Positions 38,776 through 48,634 of a DNA stretch of 64,000 bases are shown here, one piece after another; the stretch's first letter is position 1, and the number at the start of each line of letters is the position of its first letter. Both the position numbers and the translations under genes were made by a program. This stretch comes from Thermodesulfobacteriota bacterium. Lineage in GTDB: Bacteria > Desulfobacterota > Desulfobulbia > Desulfobulbales > SURF-16. The notes below the pieces were generated by a model. It saw only the letters and a program-made list of their open reading frames with translations. It had not been told where the DNA came from and did not search any database. The DNA lies in the NCBI GenBank assembly GCA_040755455.1, contig JBFMAY010000001.1, positions 160,001 through 224,000 on the forward strand, given 5' to 3'.

Positions 38776-40665
38776 ATGAAAATCAAATTTGCTGATTATA
38801 TCAAGGAGCATGTCATCCTTGGCGACGGTGCTTTCGGCACCTATCTTTACGAAAAGGGGGTTGATTTTGGCAGAAATATTGATCTGCTCAACCTGAAAAA
38901 TCCCGAGTTGATCTATTCCGTGCACGAGGAATATATTCGCGCCGGCAGCCAGCTTATTGAGACCAACACCTTCGGGGCCAACAGCTTCAAGCTGCAGAAG
39001 GCCGGCAAGGAAGAGAAGGTTGGTGAAATCAATCTGGCCGGGGCCAGGCTGGCGGTCAAGGCCGCCGGGCATGAGGTGTATGTGGCCGGCTCGGTTGGGC
39101 CCACCGGGGTGGAATTTCCCCTGATTTCCGGCGAGATCTCCCCTGACGATATCAAGGCCGCTTTTGCCGGGCAGATCAGCGCCCTGGCGGAAGGCGGAGT
39201 GGATCTGCTGATCCTGGAAACATTCACGCACCTGGAAGAGATGCTGCTGGCCATTGAGACGGCCCTGCGGGTGGGCAGCGGCCTGCCCATTGTCGCCCAG
39301 ATGCTCTACCCCTCCCAGGGCAGGACGGCACGGGGCGTCGATGCCCTGGCCTGCGCCCAAGCCGCCCTGGCGGCCGGGGCCATGGTGGTGGGCACCAACT
39401 GCGGCCGGGGGGTTGACGCCATGGCAACGGCCATCGGCCGGCTGCTTCCCCTGGCGGATGAACATGTGCCGCTTTCGGCCTTCCCCAATGCCGGACTGCC
39501 GGAGATCATGGGCCATCGCATGGTCTACCCGGCCCAGCCCTCCTATATGGCCAGGCGGGCGGCGGAGATGCTGAAAATGGGGGTTCGTCTCATCGGCGGC
39601 TGCTGCGGGACCACGCCGGCCCATATCCATGAATTCCGCAAAACACTGAAACTGCGGCATAAAAAAGAGCTGCGTTCGGTCACGGCGCCTGCCACTTCCC
39701 AGCAAGCCGCTGCGGCTCCTGCCGCGGTGGAAAAGAGCGGCCGGGGCGGCTTCCTTGACAATCTGCCGTCCGGCCGACTGCCCGTTCTGGTCGAGCTTGA
39801 CCCGCCCACCCATCTTGATATCGAAAATGTGCTGGCCGGCGCCCGCTCCCTGGCCGCAAGCGGGGTTGACGCCGTCACCCTGGGCGAGAATCCCCTGGCC
39901 ATCCTGCGGGTCGGCAATATCGCCCTGGCCCATCGCATCCGCGAGGAGGCCGGGGTCCAGGTGGTGCTCCATCAGACCTGCCGGGACCAGAATGCCCTGG
40001 GGCTGCAGTCCCATATCATGGCCGCCCATATCCTGGGGATTGAGGCCATCCTGGCGGTAACCGGCGACTCCGCCAGTTCCACGGATCAGCCCGGCGTGAG
40101 CGGGGTTTTTGATGTCAATTCCCTTGGTCTGATCCGCATGATCAGCCAGTATAACCAGGGACTGAACATGGCTGGCCGCTCGATCAAGCTGCCCACCAGA
40201 TTTTCCATCGGCGCGGCCTTCAGTTTCAACCATTCCAACCCGACGCTGCAGATTGCCAGACTGGAGCGCAAGGCCGCCCAGGGCGCTCATTTTGTCATGA
40301 CCCAGCCCCTCTTTGACAAGAACGAGGTGGAGGCCATGGTGGAACAGACCAGCCATTTGAATGTGCTGATCTTTCCCGGAATTTTTCCTTTGATTTCCGC
40401 CCGTAACGCGGAATTTCTCCATAACGAGGTGCCCGGCATATCCATTCCCGCCGCCATCCGCAAAAAACTGTGGAGTTATGCAGAGGTCGCTGACCAGCGC
40501 AAGGCGGCCATGGAGTTCACGGAAAAGCTTGTGGCTGATCTCGCCCCCTTCGTCGACGGTCTTTATCTGATCAGCCCGTTGAATAAGTGGGAGATTGCCG
40601 AAAGATTTGTCAAGCAGATCAGGCAGGCCGGCTGGCAGGGCAGCGGCCGGGCCGCCGGCAGATAA
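38776..40665 (+). CDS. Bifunctional homocysteine S-methyltransferase / methylenetetrahydrofolate reductase (YitJ-like)
   Basis: DGAFGT, ETNTFGAN, GTNC, PNAGLP, IGGCCGTTP; MTHFR half VELDPP, TCRDQN, VTGD, MTQP. Confidence 0.92.
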   Translation: MKIKFADYIKEHVILGDGAFGTYLYEKGVDFGRNIDLLNLKNPELIYSVHEEYIRAGSQLIETNTFGANSFKLQKAGKEEKVGEINLAGARLAVKAAGHEVYVAGSVGPTGVEFPLISGEISPDDIKAAFAGQISALAEGGVDLLILETFTHLEEMLLAIETALRVGSGLPIVAQMLYPSQGRTARGVDALACAQAALAAGAMVVGTNCGRGVDAMATAIGRLLPLADEHVPLSAFPNAGLPEIMGHRMVYPAQPSYMARRAAEMLKMGVRLIGGCCGTTPAHIHEFRKTLKLRHKKELRSVTAPATSQQAAAAPAAVEKSGRGGFLDNLPSGRLPVLVELDPPTHLDIENVLAGARSLAASGVDAVTLGENPLAILRVGNIALAHRIREEAGVQVVLHQTCRDQNALGLQSHIMAAHILGIEAILAVTGDSASSTDQPGVSGVFDVNSLGLIRMISQYNQGLNMAGRSIKLPTRFSIGAAFSFNHSNPTLQIARLERKAAQGAHFVMTQPLFDKNEVEAMVEQTSHLNVLIFPGIFPLISARNAEFLHNEVPGISIPAAIRKKLWSYAEVADQRKAAMEFTEKLVADLAPFVDGLYLISPLNKWEIAERFVKQIRQAGWQGSGRAAGR

Positions 40666-40764
40666 TGCATTGCCCCGGCCCTAGCCCAGGATGAGGAATC
40701 CTTTCCATGGCCGAACCGGCCATGGACCGGTTCATTCATAATTTCTCTTTTCCCGGCGGAAACG

Positions 40765-41346
40765 ATGCAGAAGAAAAGAATTCTTGTTGTTGACGACGAA
40801 ATAATCATTCTGAAAACCCTCAGCTGGGGCCTGACTCATCAGGGTTATGAGGTGGACACGGCCCAGAGCGGCGAGGAGGGGCTCGTCAAGCTGCGGCAGG
40901 ATTCCTACAATTTGCTGATCAGCGACCTGCTCATGGATGGGATGAGCGGCATCGAGCTGCTGAAAAGCGCCAGGGTGATCAATCCGGATATGGCGGTCTG
41001 CCTGATCACCGGTTACGCCGATCTTGCTTCGGCTATCGAGGCCCTGCGCCTGGGGGCGGATGATTATCTGGTGAAGCCATGCGATCTGGAAGAACTGTCA
41101 CTCCGGGTGCAGCGTGCCCTGAGAAAGGAGGAGCTGCGTAAAAAGGTCAGATATTTTGAAAATATCCTGCCGGTTTGCGCCGTGTGCAAAAAAATCAGGG
41201 ATGATGCCGGCAGAGAGCCGGGCGAAGGTGAGTGGGTCAGCCTGGAACAGTATCTGCGCCGCAAAACCGGGGTGGAAATACGGCCCGCTTACTGTGTTAA
41301 ATGTGCCCGGAAGGTAAAGAATAACTCGCCGGTCAGTGGTGCGTGA
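40765..41346 (+). CDS. Response regulator with C-terminal CxxC...CxxC domain
   Basis: Receiver (LVVDDE, SDLLM, KP), then LPVCAVCKKIRDD...YCVKC. Confidence 0.88.
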   Translation: MQKKRILVVDDEIIILKTLSWGLTHQGYEVDTAQSGEEGLVKLRQDSYNLLISDLLMDGMSGIELLKSARVINPDMAVCLITGYADLASAIEALRLGADDYLVKPCDLEELSLRVQRALRKEELRKKVRYFENILPVCAVCKKIRDDAGREPGEGEWVSLEQYLRRKTGVEIRPAYCVKCARKVKNNSPVSGA

Positions 41347-41529
41347 CCTGCCGGATAGAGGCGGTTTTCTCAAGCATTGCATGTTGTAGAACATGGTTTG
41401 CTGTCATTTTGCTCTGGTCTTAAGTGTCTGTAATGAATTTTGTGTAAATGGTTTTCATTTTTAATTTTCAATATGCAGGCATTCTGTCGTCGAACAAGAT
41501 TGAAAAGCGGTTCGAGGTTGCTGCTGGTA

Positions 41530-43119
41530 TTAACGGCAGATCAATCCCTGTGATAAATTCCTGCAGGGAATCGTTTGGGATCCTTTATCGTCTCCGATTT
41601 GAAGCGAAATTGTCATGGGCGGATTATTCGCCTCGCTAAGATCAAGTCTATACCCAAATACTTCGAAGGTGAACTGCTGCCCCGTCCTATTTGCGGGCCT
41701 GATGATCATCAAACGAATACCAGACCCCTCTTTGTCTTTTGGTGCAAGGAAAAGGAAACACCCCATACCAATGCGCTTAAAGGACCCTGAAGGAATAATT
41801 TGGCTAAAAAAACTTCCATCCGTGTCAGAGAGGGTAAACATCACATCTTCTATCTTAGGTTCAATACCGTCGCTCATATCGGCCAATGCGAAAAAACCCT
41901 TGTTAAAGAAGTGTCCCTTCTGATGAAGTTTTTCAAGCAAAATCAAAGTAGTACCGAAAGAGGCAAAGGAATTCGCGGTTACCGGCGGAATAAGCGCCAC
42001 ACCAGATGGTGCTTTACCCAAGCCCAGCGCAGGATTACTAAAATCGCTCAGCACGGTACGCTGCCCTGTCACGGGGTCCACGCGAAATAGCGCGCCGAGC
42101 CCTGGTCCAGTCACATCATCAACGTCTTGATCCACTACCAAGATAGCGCCTGTGGACTCAACGGCCACGTTTCGTAAAAACGTTCCGGTGGCCCCCTGCG
42201 TAGCATTTCCGAAATCGCTGAGCAAGGTCCGTTGACCGCTTACCGGGTCCACTCGAAATAGCGCACCACCTGGATCAAGCGTGCCTTCAGGAAACGAACC
42301 GGCAAATGGGGCGGCGACTAGGATCGAGCCCGAGGCTTCGATTGCAATGCCACTAGGGAATTGCGCCAAGCTGCCTTCGGCAGGGTTGCCGAAATCGCTT
42401 AGCACTGTGCGCTGACCAGTCACTGGATCTATGCGAAACAGAAGTCCTCCCGGCGAATCGCCCAAGTTATTGCAATCGGTGACAAGTATTGTGCCTGAAG
42501 CCTCGACAGCTACCCCGAAAGTGCACTGGCCGCCGAGTGTACCCTGCGTTGGATCACCGAAGTCGCTGAACATCGTTCGCTGACCGGTTACGGGGTCCAC
42601 GCGTAAGAGCGCATCGCGAAAGACCGTCCCGCCTTCGTCTGCACTGCCAGCGCCTTGTGCTGTCACAAGGATCTCACCCGAAACCTCAACCGCAATCCCC
42701 AAGATACCACCTCCACTAGCGCTATCTGCCACGGGACCCTGCGTTGGATCACTGAAGTCGCTCAGCACAGTTCGCTCTCCGGTAATTGAGTTCACGCGAA
42801 ACAACTTGTTGACCTGTGGGTCAAGGACAAGTATCGCTTCTGAAGACTCGTTGGCTAAATTAAACGGACCAAGCCCTAGTTGACCCTGGCTGGGATTGTC
42901 AAAATCACTCAGCACAGTTCGTGTGCCAGTTATGGGATCCAAACGCAACAACCCTACGCTATAATCCACGACGGCGATATCGGCCGGATTAAGCTGTGCG
43001 GCAAGGGGTAGAACGCTTACCAGCAGCAGGCTCGCAGTGAACATCATCACACGAAACAAAGTATCATGGATTGAAATACGTCTATTCAAATGACAGGAAT
43101 GATATTGGTCTTCTTGCAT
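41530..43119 (-). CDS. Secreted beta-propeller (NHL-like) repeat protein
   Basis: Six repeats of L(F/L)R(V/I)DP(V/I)TGQRT(V/L)LSDFGxPxQG...GIAVEASGxILV; N-terminal hydrophobic segment; visibly more AT-rich codon usage than the flanks. Confidence 0.8.
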   Translation of the reverse strand: MQEDQYHSCHLNRRISIHDTLFRVMMFTASLLLVSVLPLAAQLNPADIAVVDYSVGLLRLDPITGTRTVLSDFDNPSQGQLGLGPFNLANESSEAILVLDPQVNKLFRVNSITGERTVLSDFSDPTQGPVADSASGGGILGIAVEVSGEILVTAQGAGSADEGGTVFRDALLRVDPVTGQRTMFSDFGDPTQGTLGGQCTFGVAVEASGTILVTDCNNLGDSPGGLLFRIDPVTGQRTVLSDFGNPAEGSLAQFPSGIAIEASGSILVAAPFAGSFPEGTLDPGGALFRVDPVSGQRTLLSDFGNATQGATGTFLRNVAVESTGAILVVDQDVDDVTGPGLGALFRVDPVTGQRTVLSDFSNPALGLGKAPSGVALIPPVTANSFASFGTTLILLEKLHQKGHFFNKGFFALADMSDGIEPKIEDVMFTLSDTDGSFFSQIIPSGSFKRIGMGCFLFLAPKDKEGSGIRLMIIRPANRTGQQFTFEVFGYRLDLSEANNPPMTISLQIGDDKGSQTIPCRNLSQGLICR

Positions 43120-43405
43120 TGGACACCACCTTATTGAGGATGAGGGTATAACTCATAAACTGCTCAGATTGTTACTATTGCCTAGAGGACCAGGCAAAAC
43201 GGGTGGAGCAATTAAAGTTATTTTGATGCATATAGTGGGGACAACCGTCCTTGCCCCCTGAGGGGGCAAGGCAATGTAACCCCCTATGGGGGTGACCAAA
43301 GCCGGGCACTCAGGACCCGGATTCATTACTTTACATGCTTTTACATTTAAGCGCTGATGCTTAACAAAAAGCTTTAATTTCATAAGTTACGACGAGTTGT
43401 TCGTT

Positions 43406-43425
43406 AAAGTCCGACAGACTCCTAG
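43406..43425. mobile_element. Possible isolated IS/MITE terminal repeat remnant
   Basis: AAAGTCCGACAGACTC-CTAG resembles IS-type termini abutting a CTAG target (from recall, not from a search). No partner end or transposase is visible. Confidence 0.3.
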
Positions 43426-43502
43426 CTTCTTATTAAGATGGCGCTCAATATTTTGATTTTCCTTGTCCCTGCAATTCCATGTTTCTTCAGTCTTCCTCTT
43501 GA

Positions 43503-43542
43503 AATAAAAAAAGCCGGGTCACCATAACTTGGCAACCCGGCT
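43503..43542 (-). terminator. Riboswitch expression-platform terminator
   Basis: Minus strand AGCCGGGTTGCCA-AGTTA-TGGTGACCCGGCT followed by a T-run; the 5' arm is the 3' end of the aptamer. Confidence 0.85.
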
Positions 43543-43605
43543 CGCTTGAAAGCTCCGTGGCTTTCCGTCCCCATCTCGCGGTGGGTTTGGCTTTATCTAT
43601 ACTCT
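43528..43605 (-). ncRNA. Cyclic di-GMP-I (GEMM) riboswitch
   Basis: Minus strand GATAAAGCCAAACCCACC-GCGA-GATGGGGACGGAAAGCCACGGAGC-TTTCAA-GCGAGCCGGGTTGCCAAG. It shows the P2 hairpin with GNRA loop, the GACGGAAAGCC junction and the GCCGGGTTGCC 3' motif. Confidence 0.9.
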
Positions 43606-43766
43606 ATCCTAACAATCTCATACAATGCGACAACCAATTTGTAAATATGGCAAATTGCCACACCTATTGACAGTTAAACTCAAAAAGAGATTCGCATTGG
43701 CAATTTTGGCCTTAGAGCGTATACGATAATAACTTGACCTTCTTCCTGACTCCACGTAACAAAAAA

Positions 43767-44948
43767 TTACCGCGAACCATTATGCGGTCCGATCGTAAAG
43801 ATAAAAAACAGGGAGCCGGCCAAGAGTACAAGTCCTGCCGCCACAAAAGACTGGGCATAGCCGAGGGAGGACGCCACGAGTCCCGAGAGGATCGGGCCGG
43901 AGGTGTGACCGATATCCATGATGGAGCCGAGAACCCCCATGGCAGAGCCGCGTGCTTCGGGGCTGCTCAGGTCCGCGATGTAGGCCGATGTCGCGGAGCT
44001 AAGCACCGAATGGCAGAGGCCGAAGGCGATGCTGAGGCACAGCAGGGGGATGAAGGAGGTAACCAACGAAAAGCCGCCGATACATGCCGCCCCCAGCAGC
44101 CCTCCCGCGAATATCTGCTGTTTTCGGCCATGGGTGTCCGAAAATTTTCCCATGATCGGCTTGGTGAGTGCAAGCACGATGATTTGGCCGGAGAGAAAGA
44201 CCCCGATATGGGCGGCAGACAAGCCGCTGTTCACTGCATGCAGTGGGAGGAAGGTCTCAAAGGTCCCATAAGCAAAAAGAATGGCAGCCTCAACGGTACA
44301 GGTTGCCAGAATGTTCCGGTCAAGCACGACGGTCTTGAAAACGCGAAACGTCTCGGGCCAGGTTTGCTCGATCCTCCCTGTATCTTCCGGCTCCGGCAGC
44401 AACCGGGCAAGAGTGAGAGCGGCAAGGCCTGCTCCGCCGCAGATAAGGTAAACAACCATGTACCCGGCGGACGACTGCAGTGAAAAAAGACCAAGGACGA
44501 CGCCGCCAATAAGCGGGGCCATGAATCTCCCGGCGAGTGTCGAGGTGGAAAACCAGCCCAGCTTTTCTCCGCGCTCCTTATGTGACAGCCCGGAAACCAT
44601 GGCCATGGCGACCGGCACGAAAATGGCCGTGGCAAACCCATGATAGAAGCGCACCAGGGCCAGTTGCCAGACCGTGGTCACCACGAGATAACCAAAAGGT
44701 GCGGAGGCGAAGATTATCGCGGCAACCATGATCAGCCGTTTTTTACCGAATCGGTCGGCCAGTATCCCGGCAGGAACACTGCAGACAACCCCGGCAAAGG
44801 CCGAAACTCCGGCGATCAAGCCAATGCTGGCCGGATCGGCGCCTAAGTGGCCGGCAAAAAGCGGCAGCACCGGGCTTTTGGATATGGTGGAACTGAAAAT
44901 TGCCAATAGCCCCGTGGCGCAAAGAACCAGAAAAGGACTGAAGTTCAT
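43767..44948 (-). CDS. MFS transporter (DHA1-like)
   Basis: Motif A GILADRFGKK and GKFSDTHGRK; about 12 hydrophobic segments. Confidence 0.9.
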   Translation of the reverse strand: MNFSPFLVLCATGLLAIFSSTISKSPVLPLFAGHLGADPASIGLIAGVSAFAGVVCSVPAGILADRFGKKRLIMVAAIIFASAPFGYLVVTTVWQLALVRFYHGFATAIFVPVAMAMVSGLSHKERGEKLGWFSTSTLAGRFMAPLIGGVVLGLFSLQSSAGYMVVYLICGGAGLAALTLARLLPEPEDTGRIEQTWPETFRVFKTVVLDRNILATCTVEAAILFAYGTFETFLPLHAVNSGLSAAHIGVFLSGQIIVLALTKPIMGKFSDTHGRKQQIFAGGLLGAACIGGFSLVTSFIPLLCLSIAFGLCHSVLSSATSAYIADLSSPEARGSAMGVLGSIMDIGHTSGPILSGLVASSLGYAQSFVAAGLVLLAGSLFFIFTIGPHNGSR

Positions 44949-45388
44949 TGTGTTCTCTTTACTCTATTCCTGAGATGCGAATTCCGGGGGCATCTTACTT
45001 TTGATTATTGTCAACCCGGATCAACATGGTCCGTGAAGGATGCATGCAATCAATCTACCCGACAATGACTTTTTGGTAAAACAATTCGTCAGGTGCGGGC
45101 CAACATATTTTGAGAACAATATATAAGGACCACCCAAGACACTATCATCGGCGGATATGCCAAAATGCGTCGCAGGACCACGGCGAGGCATAATCGAACA
45201 GGTAACGGGGTCTCTCCTTGTTCCTGCAAAATATTTCGTTTGCTTTGTGGCGGAGATCTGGGAGTAATTTCTTAGGGGACTCTTGAAGAGCGCGGTAAAG
45301 TCTGTCATCATGGGTATATGGTAGTCACATATGCGAGACTCACGAGGGAGGTCATCCACACTGCGTTTTACCGACAAGGGGATGTTGA

Positions 45389-47620
45389 ATGCCTGAGCCA
45401 ACAAAAAGTGTGTTACCGACTTATCCGCAAAAAAAACGTTCATTCTCCAAGACCCTCACTGTCGCCCTGATCCTGACGGTTGTGGGGGTTTCCGTCGTGA
45501 CAGTTTCCCTGTCATATTTTGCTGTGGCCAAAAAGGCGAAGTTGCAACTGGAGGAAAGAGCGGATGAATATCTGTCCTCCCTGGTGAGTGTTCTGGCAAT
45601 ACCGCTGTGGGAGCTTGATGAATCGGAAGCCAGGAGCATAGGCAATGCTTACCTGCAAAACGAGCTCATTGAAAAAATCAAAATAACCGACAACCTGGGC
45701 AATGTCTTCTTTGACTCTGCCAGGAAGAGCAATGCCCCCCTGGTGAGCAGGGCCGGCAAGATCGTCCACGAAGGCCAAGTGGTAGGCCACATTGAAATAT
45801 CCCTCACCGAAAAACACAATGCCGCAGCTCGCCGGCAGTTGTTGTTGTCCGGCATGGGCACGCTCGTTGCCGTCATTCTTGTCTTGCTGATTGCCACCAG
45901 ATTTCTGCTGCGCATGCTGCTGACCAGGCCTCTTAATGATCTTGGCAGGATTGTCAATGCCTATGCGGCGGGCAAATACGATTTGCCAGCTCACGACATG
46001 CCGTTTATCGAATTTCAGACCTTGGTGGATGTGCTTGGCGAAATGGGCGGCAAGATCAAGTCGCAGATGACGGAACTGCGGGATGCCGAGAAGAAGTATC
46101 GCAGCATCTTTGAAAACGCTGTGGAAGGCATTTTTCAAACCACACCGGAAGGGCGTTTCCTGAGCGCCAATCCATCCATGGCGCGGATGCTTGGCTATGA
46201 TTCTCCTGAAGAGCTGATTGCGGGCATTGCTGATATCGGGCACCAGCTCTATGTCGACCCGGAGCGCCGGCTGGAATTCATTCAAATGATGAAAGAGAGC
46301 AAAACAGTTGTCTCTTTTCAGGTTGAATTTTGCCGTAAAGACAAAAGCACCATATGGGTGTCGATTCATGCTCGACCTTTTTTCAGTGAGAACGGTGAGT
46401 TGATCCTGATGGAAGGCATCACTGAAGATATCACCGAGCACAGGCGGGCGGAAGCGGAACGGGCAAAGCTCGAAGGCCAGCTCCGCCAGTCACAGAAAAT
46501 GGAAACGGTTGGTCTTCTTGCCGGCGGCATTGCCCATGATTTCAACAATCTGCTGACTATCATCCTTGGTTATTCCGACCTGCTGGCTGCCGATTTTGCA
46601 GAAGACGCCCCGCGTCGGCACAAGCTCCAGGCAATCATCCATGCCGGGGACCGCGCGAAAGAAATGACCCAGCGGTTGCTCGCCTTCAGCCGCAAGCAAA
46701 TCATCGAGCCAAAGCCTCTGGCGCTGGGTGCTGTTATTCAAAAGTTTGTGGACATGCTGCGCCGCACGATTCGCGAGGACATTGTCATTGAGATCAGGAT
46801 TTCCCCCTCCCTCTCCCTGGTGCGGGCCGACCCGGGACAGATCGAGCAGGTCTTGGCCAATCTGTCAATAAATGCCCAGGACGCCATGCCGGCAGGCGGC
46901 ACCCTGACCATTGAAGCAGGCGATATCGATCTCGATGCATCCTATACGGCAAATCATCCGGAAATAGTGCCAGGACCGTATGTCATGCTCGCGGTGAGCG
47001 ATACGGGCGTGGGCATGGACGGGGAGACCATGGAACATATTTTTGATCCGTTTTTCACCACCAAGGAGCTGGGCAAGGGCACGGGCCTGGGGCTTTCGAC
47101 GGTGTACGGCATCGTCAAGCAACATGGCGGCGCCATCGCGGTTTATTCTGAAAAGGGTCACGGATCCACATTCAAGATTTATCTCCCCACATTGGTCGAG
47201 GAAGAGGCTCCGGGCGAAGAGGACGGGATGGCTCTGGATGAAGTGGGCTCCGGCACGGAAACGATTCTGCTGGCTGAGGACAATGAAATGGTCCGGAACC
47301 TTGCCTGCACCATGCTGCAGAGCCTCGGCTATCAGGTGCTGGTGGCGGAAAATCCCGAGCGCTGCGTCGAGCTGGCCACAGAGCATGTTGGCGCCATCAA
47401 CCTGTTGCTGACCGATGTGGTGATGCCGGGGATGAACGGGAAGGACCTCTTCGATCAGCTTCGCCAGATCCTGCCTGAATTGAAGGTCTTGTTCATGTCG
47501 GGATACGCCAGCGATGTGATCACGCACCACGGCGTTATCGATGAAGGCGTGAATTTCGTCCAGAAGCCTTTTGTCATTCGTACTCTGGCCAAAAAGGTGC
47601 GAACCGCCCTTGCCTCCTAG
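45389..47620 (+). CDS. PAS hybrid sensor histidine kinase
   Basis: Two TM helices, PAS ([13 protein letters not shown]), [16 protein letters not shown], receiver. Confidence 0.92.
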   Translation: MPEPTKSVLPTYPQKKRSFSKTLTVALILTVVGVSVVTVSLSYFAVAKKAKLQLEERADEYLSSLVSVLAIPLWELDESEARSIGNAYLQNELIEKIKITDNLGNVFFDSARKSNAPLVSRAGKIVHEGQVVGHIEISLTEKHNAAARRQLLLSGMGTLVAVILVLLIATRFLLRMLLTRPLNDLGRIVNAYAAGKYDLPAHDMPFIEFQTLVDVLGEMGGKIKSQMTELRDAEKKYRSIFENAVEGIFQTTPEGRFLSANPSMARMLGYDSPEELIAGIADIGHQLYVDPERRLEFIQMMKESKTVVSFQVEFCRKDKSTIWVSIHARPFFSENGELILMEGITEDITEHRRAEAERAKLEGQLRQSQKMETVGLLAGGIAHDFNNLLTIILGYSDLLAADFAEDAPRRHKLQAIIHAGDRAKEMTQRLLAFSRKQIIEPKPLALGAVIQKFVDMLRRTIREDIVIEIRISPSLSLVRADPGQIEQVLANLSINAQDAMPAGGTLTIEAGDIDLDASYTANHPEIVPGPYVMLAVSDTGVGMDGETMEHIFDPFFTTKELGKGTGLGLSTVYGIVKQHGGAIAVYSEKGHGSTFKIYLPTLVEEEAPGEEDGMALDEVGSGTETILLAEDNEMVRNLACTMLQSLGYQVLVAENPERCVELATEHVGAINLLLTDVVMPGMNGKDLFDQLRQILPELKVLFMSGYASDVITHHGVIDEGVNFVQKPFVIRTLAKKVRTALAS

Positions 47621-47775
47621 AAAACGCCGGAATCAGCCACCTTTTTCTTGAGGATGTCTCATTAACAAATCCGAGAGCCTGATTCCCGCACGGGGATTGC
47701 CGGACGCTAAATAACGGGTCACTGGGGCTGGAAAAGGGGGATGGGAAAGCAAATTCCATTCACAAAGGAAGGAGC

Positions 47776-48540
47776 ATGCAAAGGACAATTCTGCTATTGG
47801 TAGTGCTGCTGTTGGCTTATGCGCCATTCGGCCAATGTGAGGAAAAAATGTTTTTCCTGACAGGTGGCATATCCCCTCCGCTGGTTTTTGAAAAAAACGG
47901 CCGGATTATCGGCATGGACGTTGATACGGTAAGTGAATTCTGTAAATCTCAAGGAATAACACCGGAATTCAAGGCATATCCCCTCAAGCGCGCCCTGGCG
48001 ATGATGAAGACGTCTGAGGCGCACGGGATTTTTACGATATTTCGCAATCCGGAGCGTGAAGAATTTTTGCAGTTTCCAGAAGCACCAATCAATGCTGTCA
48101 GAACAATTATCATTGGCTTGCGGGGGAGTCATATCAAAATCGGCAGTATGGACGATCTGAAAAACATCAAACTTGGTGTGGTGGATGGCCATAAATATGG
48201 CCCATTGTTTGATAACTATCAAGGATTAAATAAATATCCCGTGCGCGACAAATCCGTCCTGATCCGCTTGCTTGCTGCCGGAGATAGGGTTGATGCCATT
48301 ATTAATTCAGAGGCGGTCTTCAAATATGAATGTATGGAATTCGGCTACGATATGAAGATGTTTGAGAAGCTGTACACGGTTGCTGACAATCCGGTGTATC
48401 TCGGTTTTTCAAAGAAGGCCCTGGGAGAAGAACGGGCAGCCGGGCTGGCGGAGAAGTTCAGTGCATTCATGAAGGAGATGGAAGAAAGCGGTAAGTTGCA
48501 AAGCCTGAGAGAGAGGTACGAGGGGCAGCTAAGTTACTGA
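47776..48540 (+). CDS. Periplasmic substrate-binding protein (family 3)
   Basis: Signal peptide, PP...G.DVD, YPLKRAL, RNPERE, LAAGDRVD, VYLGFSK. Confidence 0.8.
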   Translation: MQRTILLLVVLLLAYAPFGQCEEKMFFLTGGISPPLVFEKNGRIIGMDVDTVSEFCKSQGITPEFKAYPLKRALAMMKTSEAHGIFTIFRNPEREEFLQFPEAPINAVRTIIIGLRGSHIKIGSMDDLKNIKLGVVDGHKYGPLFDNYQGLNKYPVRDKSVLIRLLAAGDRVDAIINSEAVFKYECMEFGYDMKMFEKLYTVADNPVYLGFSKKALGEERAAGLAEKFSAFMKEMEESGKLQSLRERYEGQLSY

Positions 48541-48634
48541 ATAAAATCATCAGGATAGCTCTGCTCGTAACAAGACCGGCATCAAAGCGATTCATTATAA
48601 CCCAGATGAAGGCTATGCGGCAGCCTGTCGGTTT

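Noticed and set aside
38722..40422. 566-aa minus-strand ORF (likewise 34272-35714 +, 36990-38237 +, 19321-20445 -, 52504-53526 +)
   Set aside because: Each lies opposite a well-supported gene and has no recognisable domain.
43528..43605. c-AMP-GMP (GEMM-Ib) riboswitch variant
   Set aside because: The discriminating position is G (AAAG-CC-AAACC), not A.
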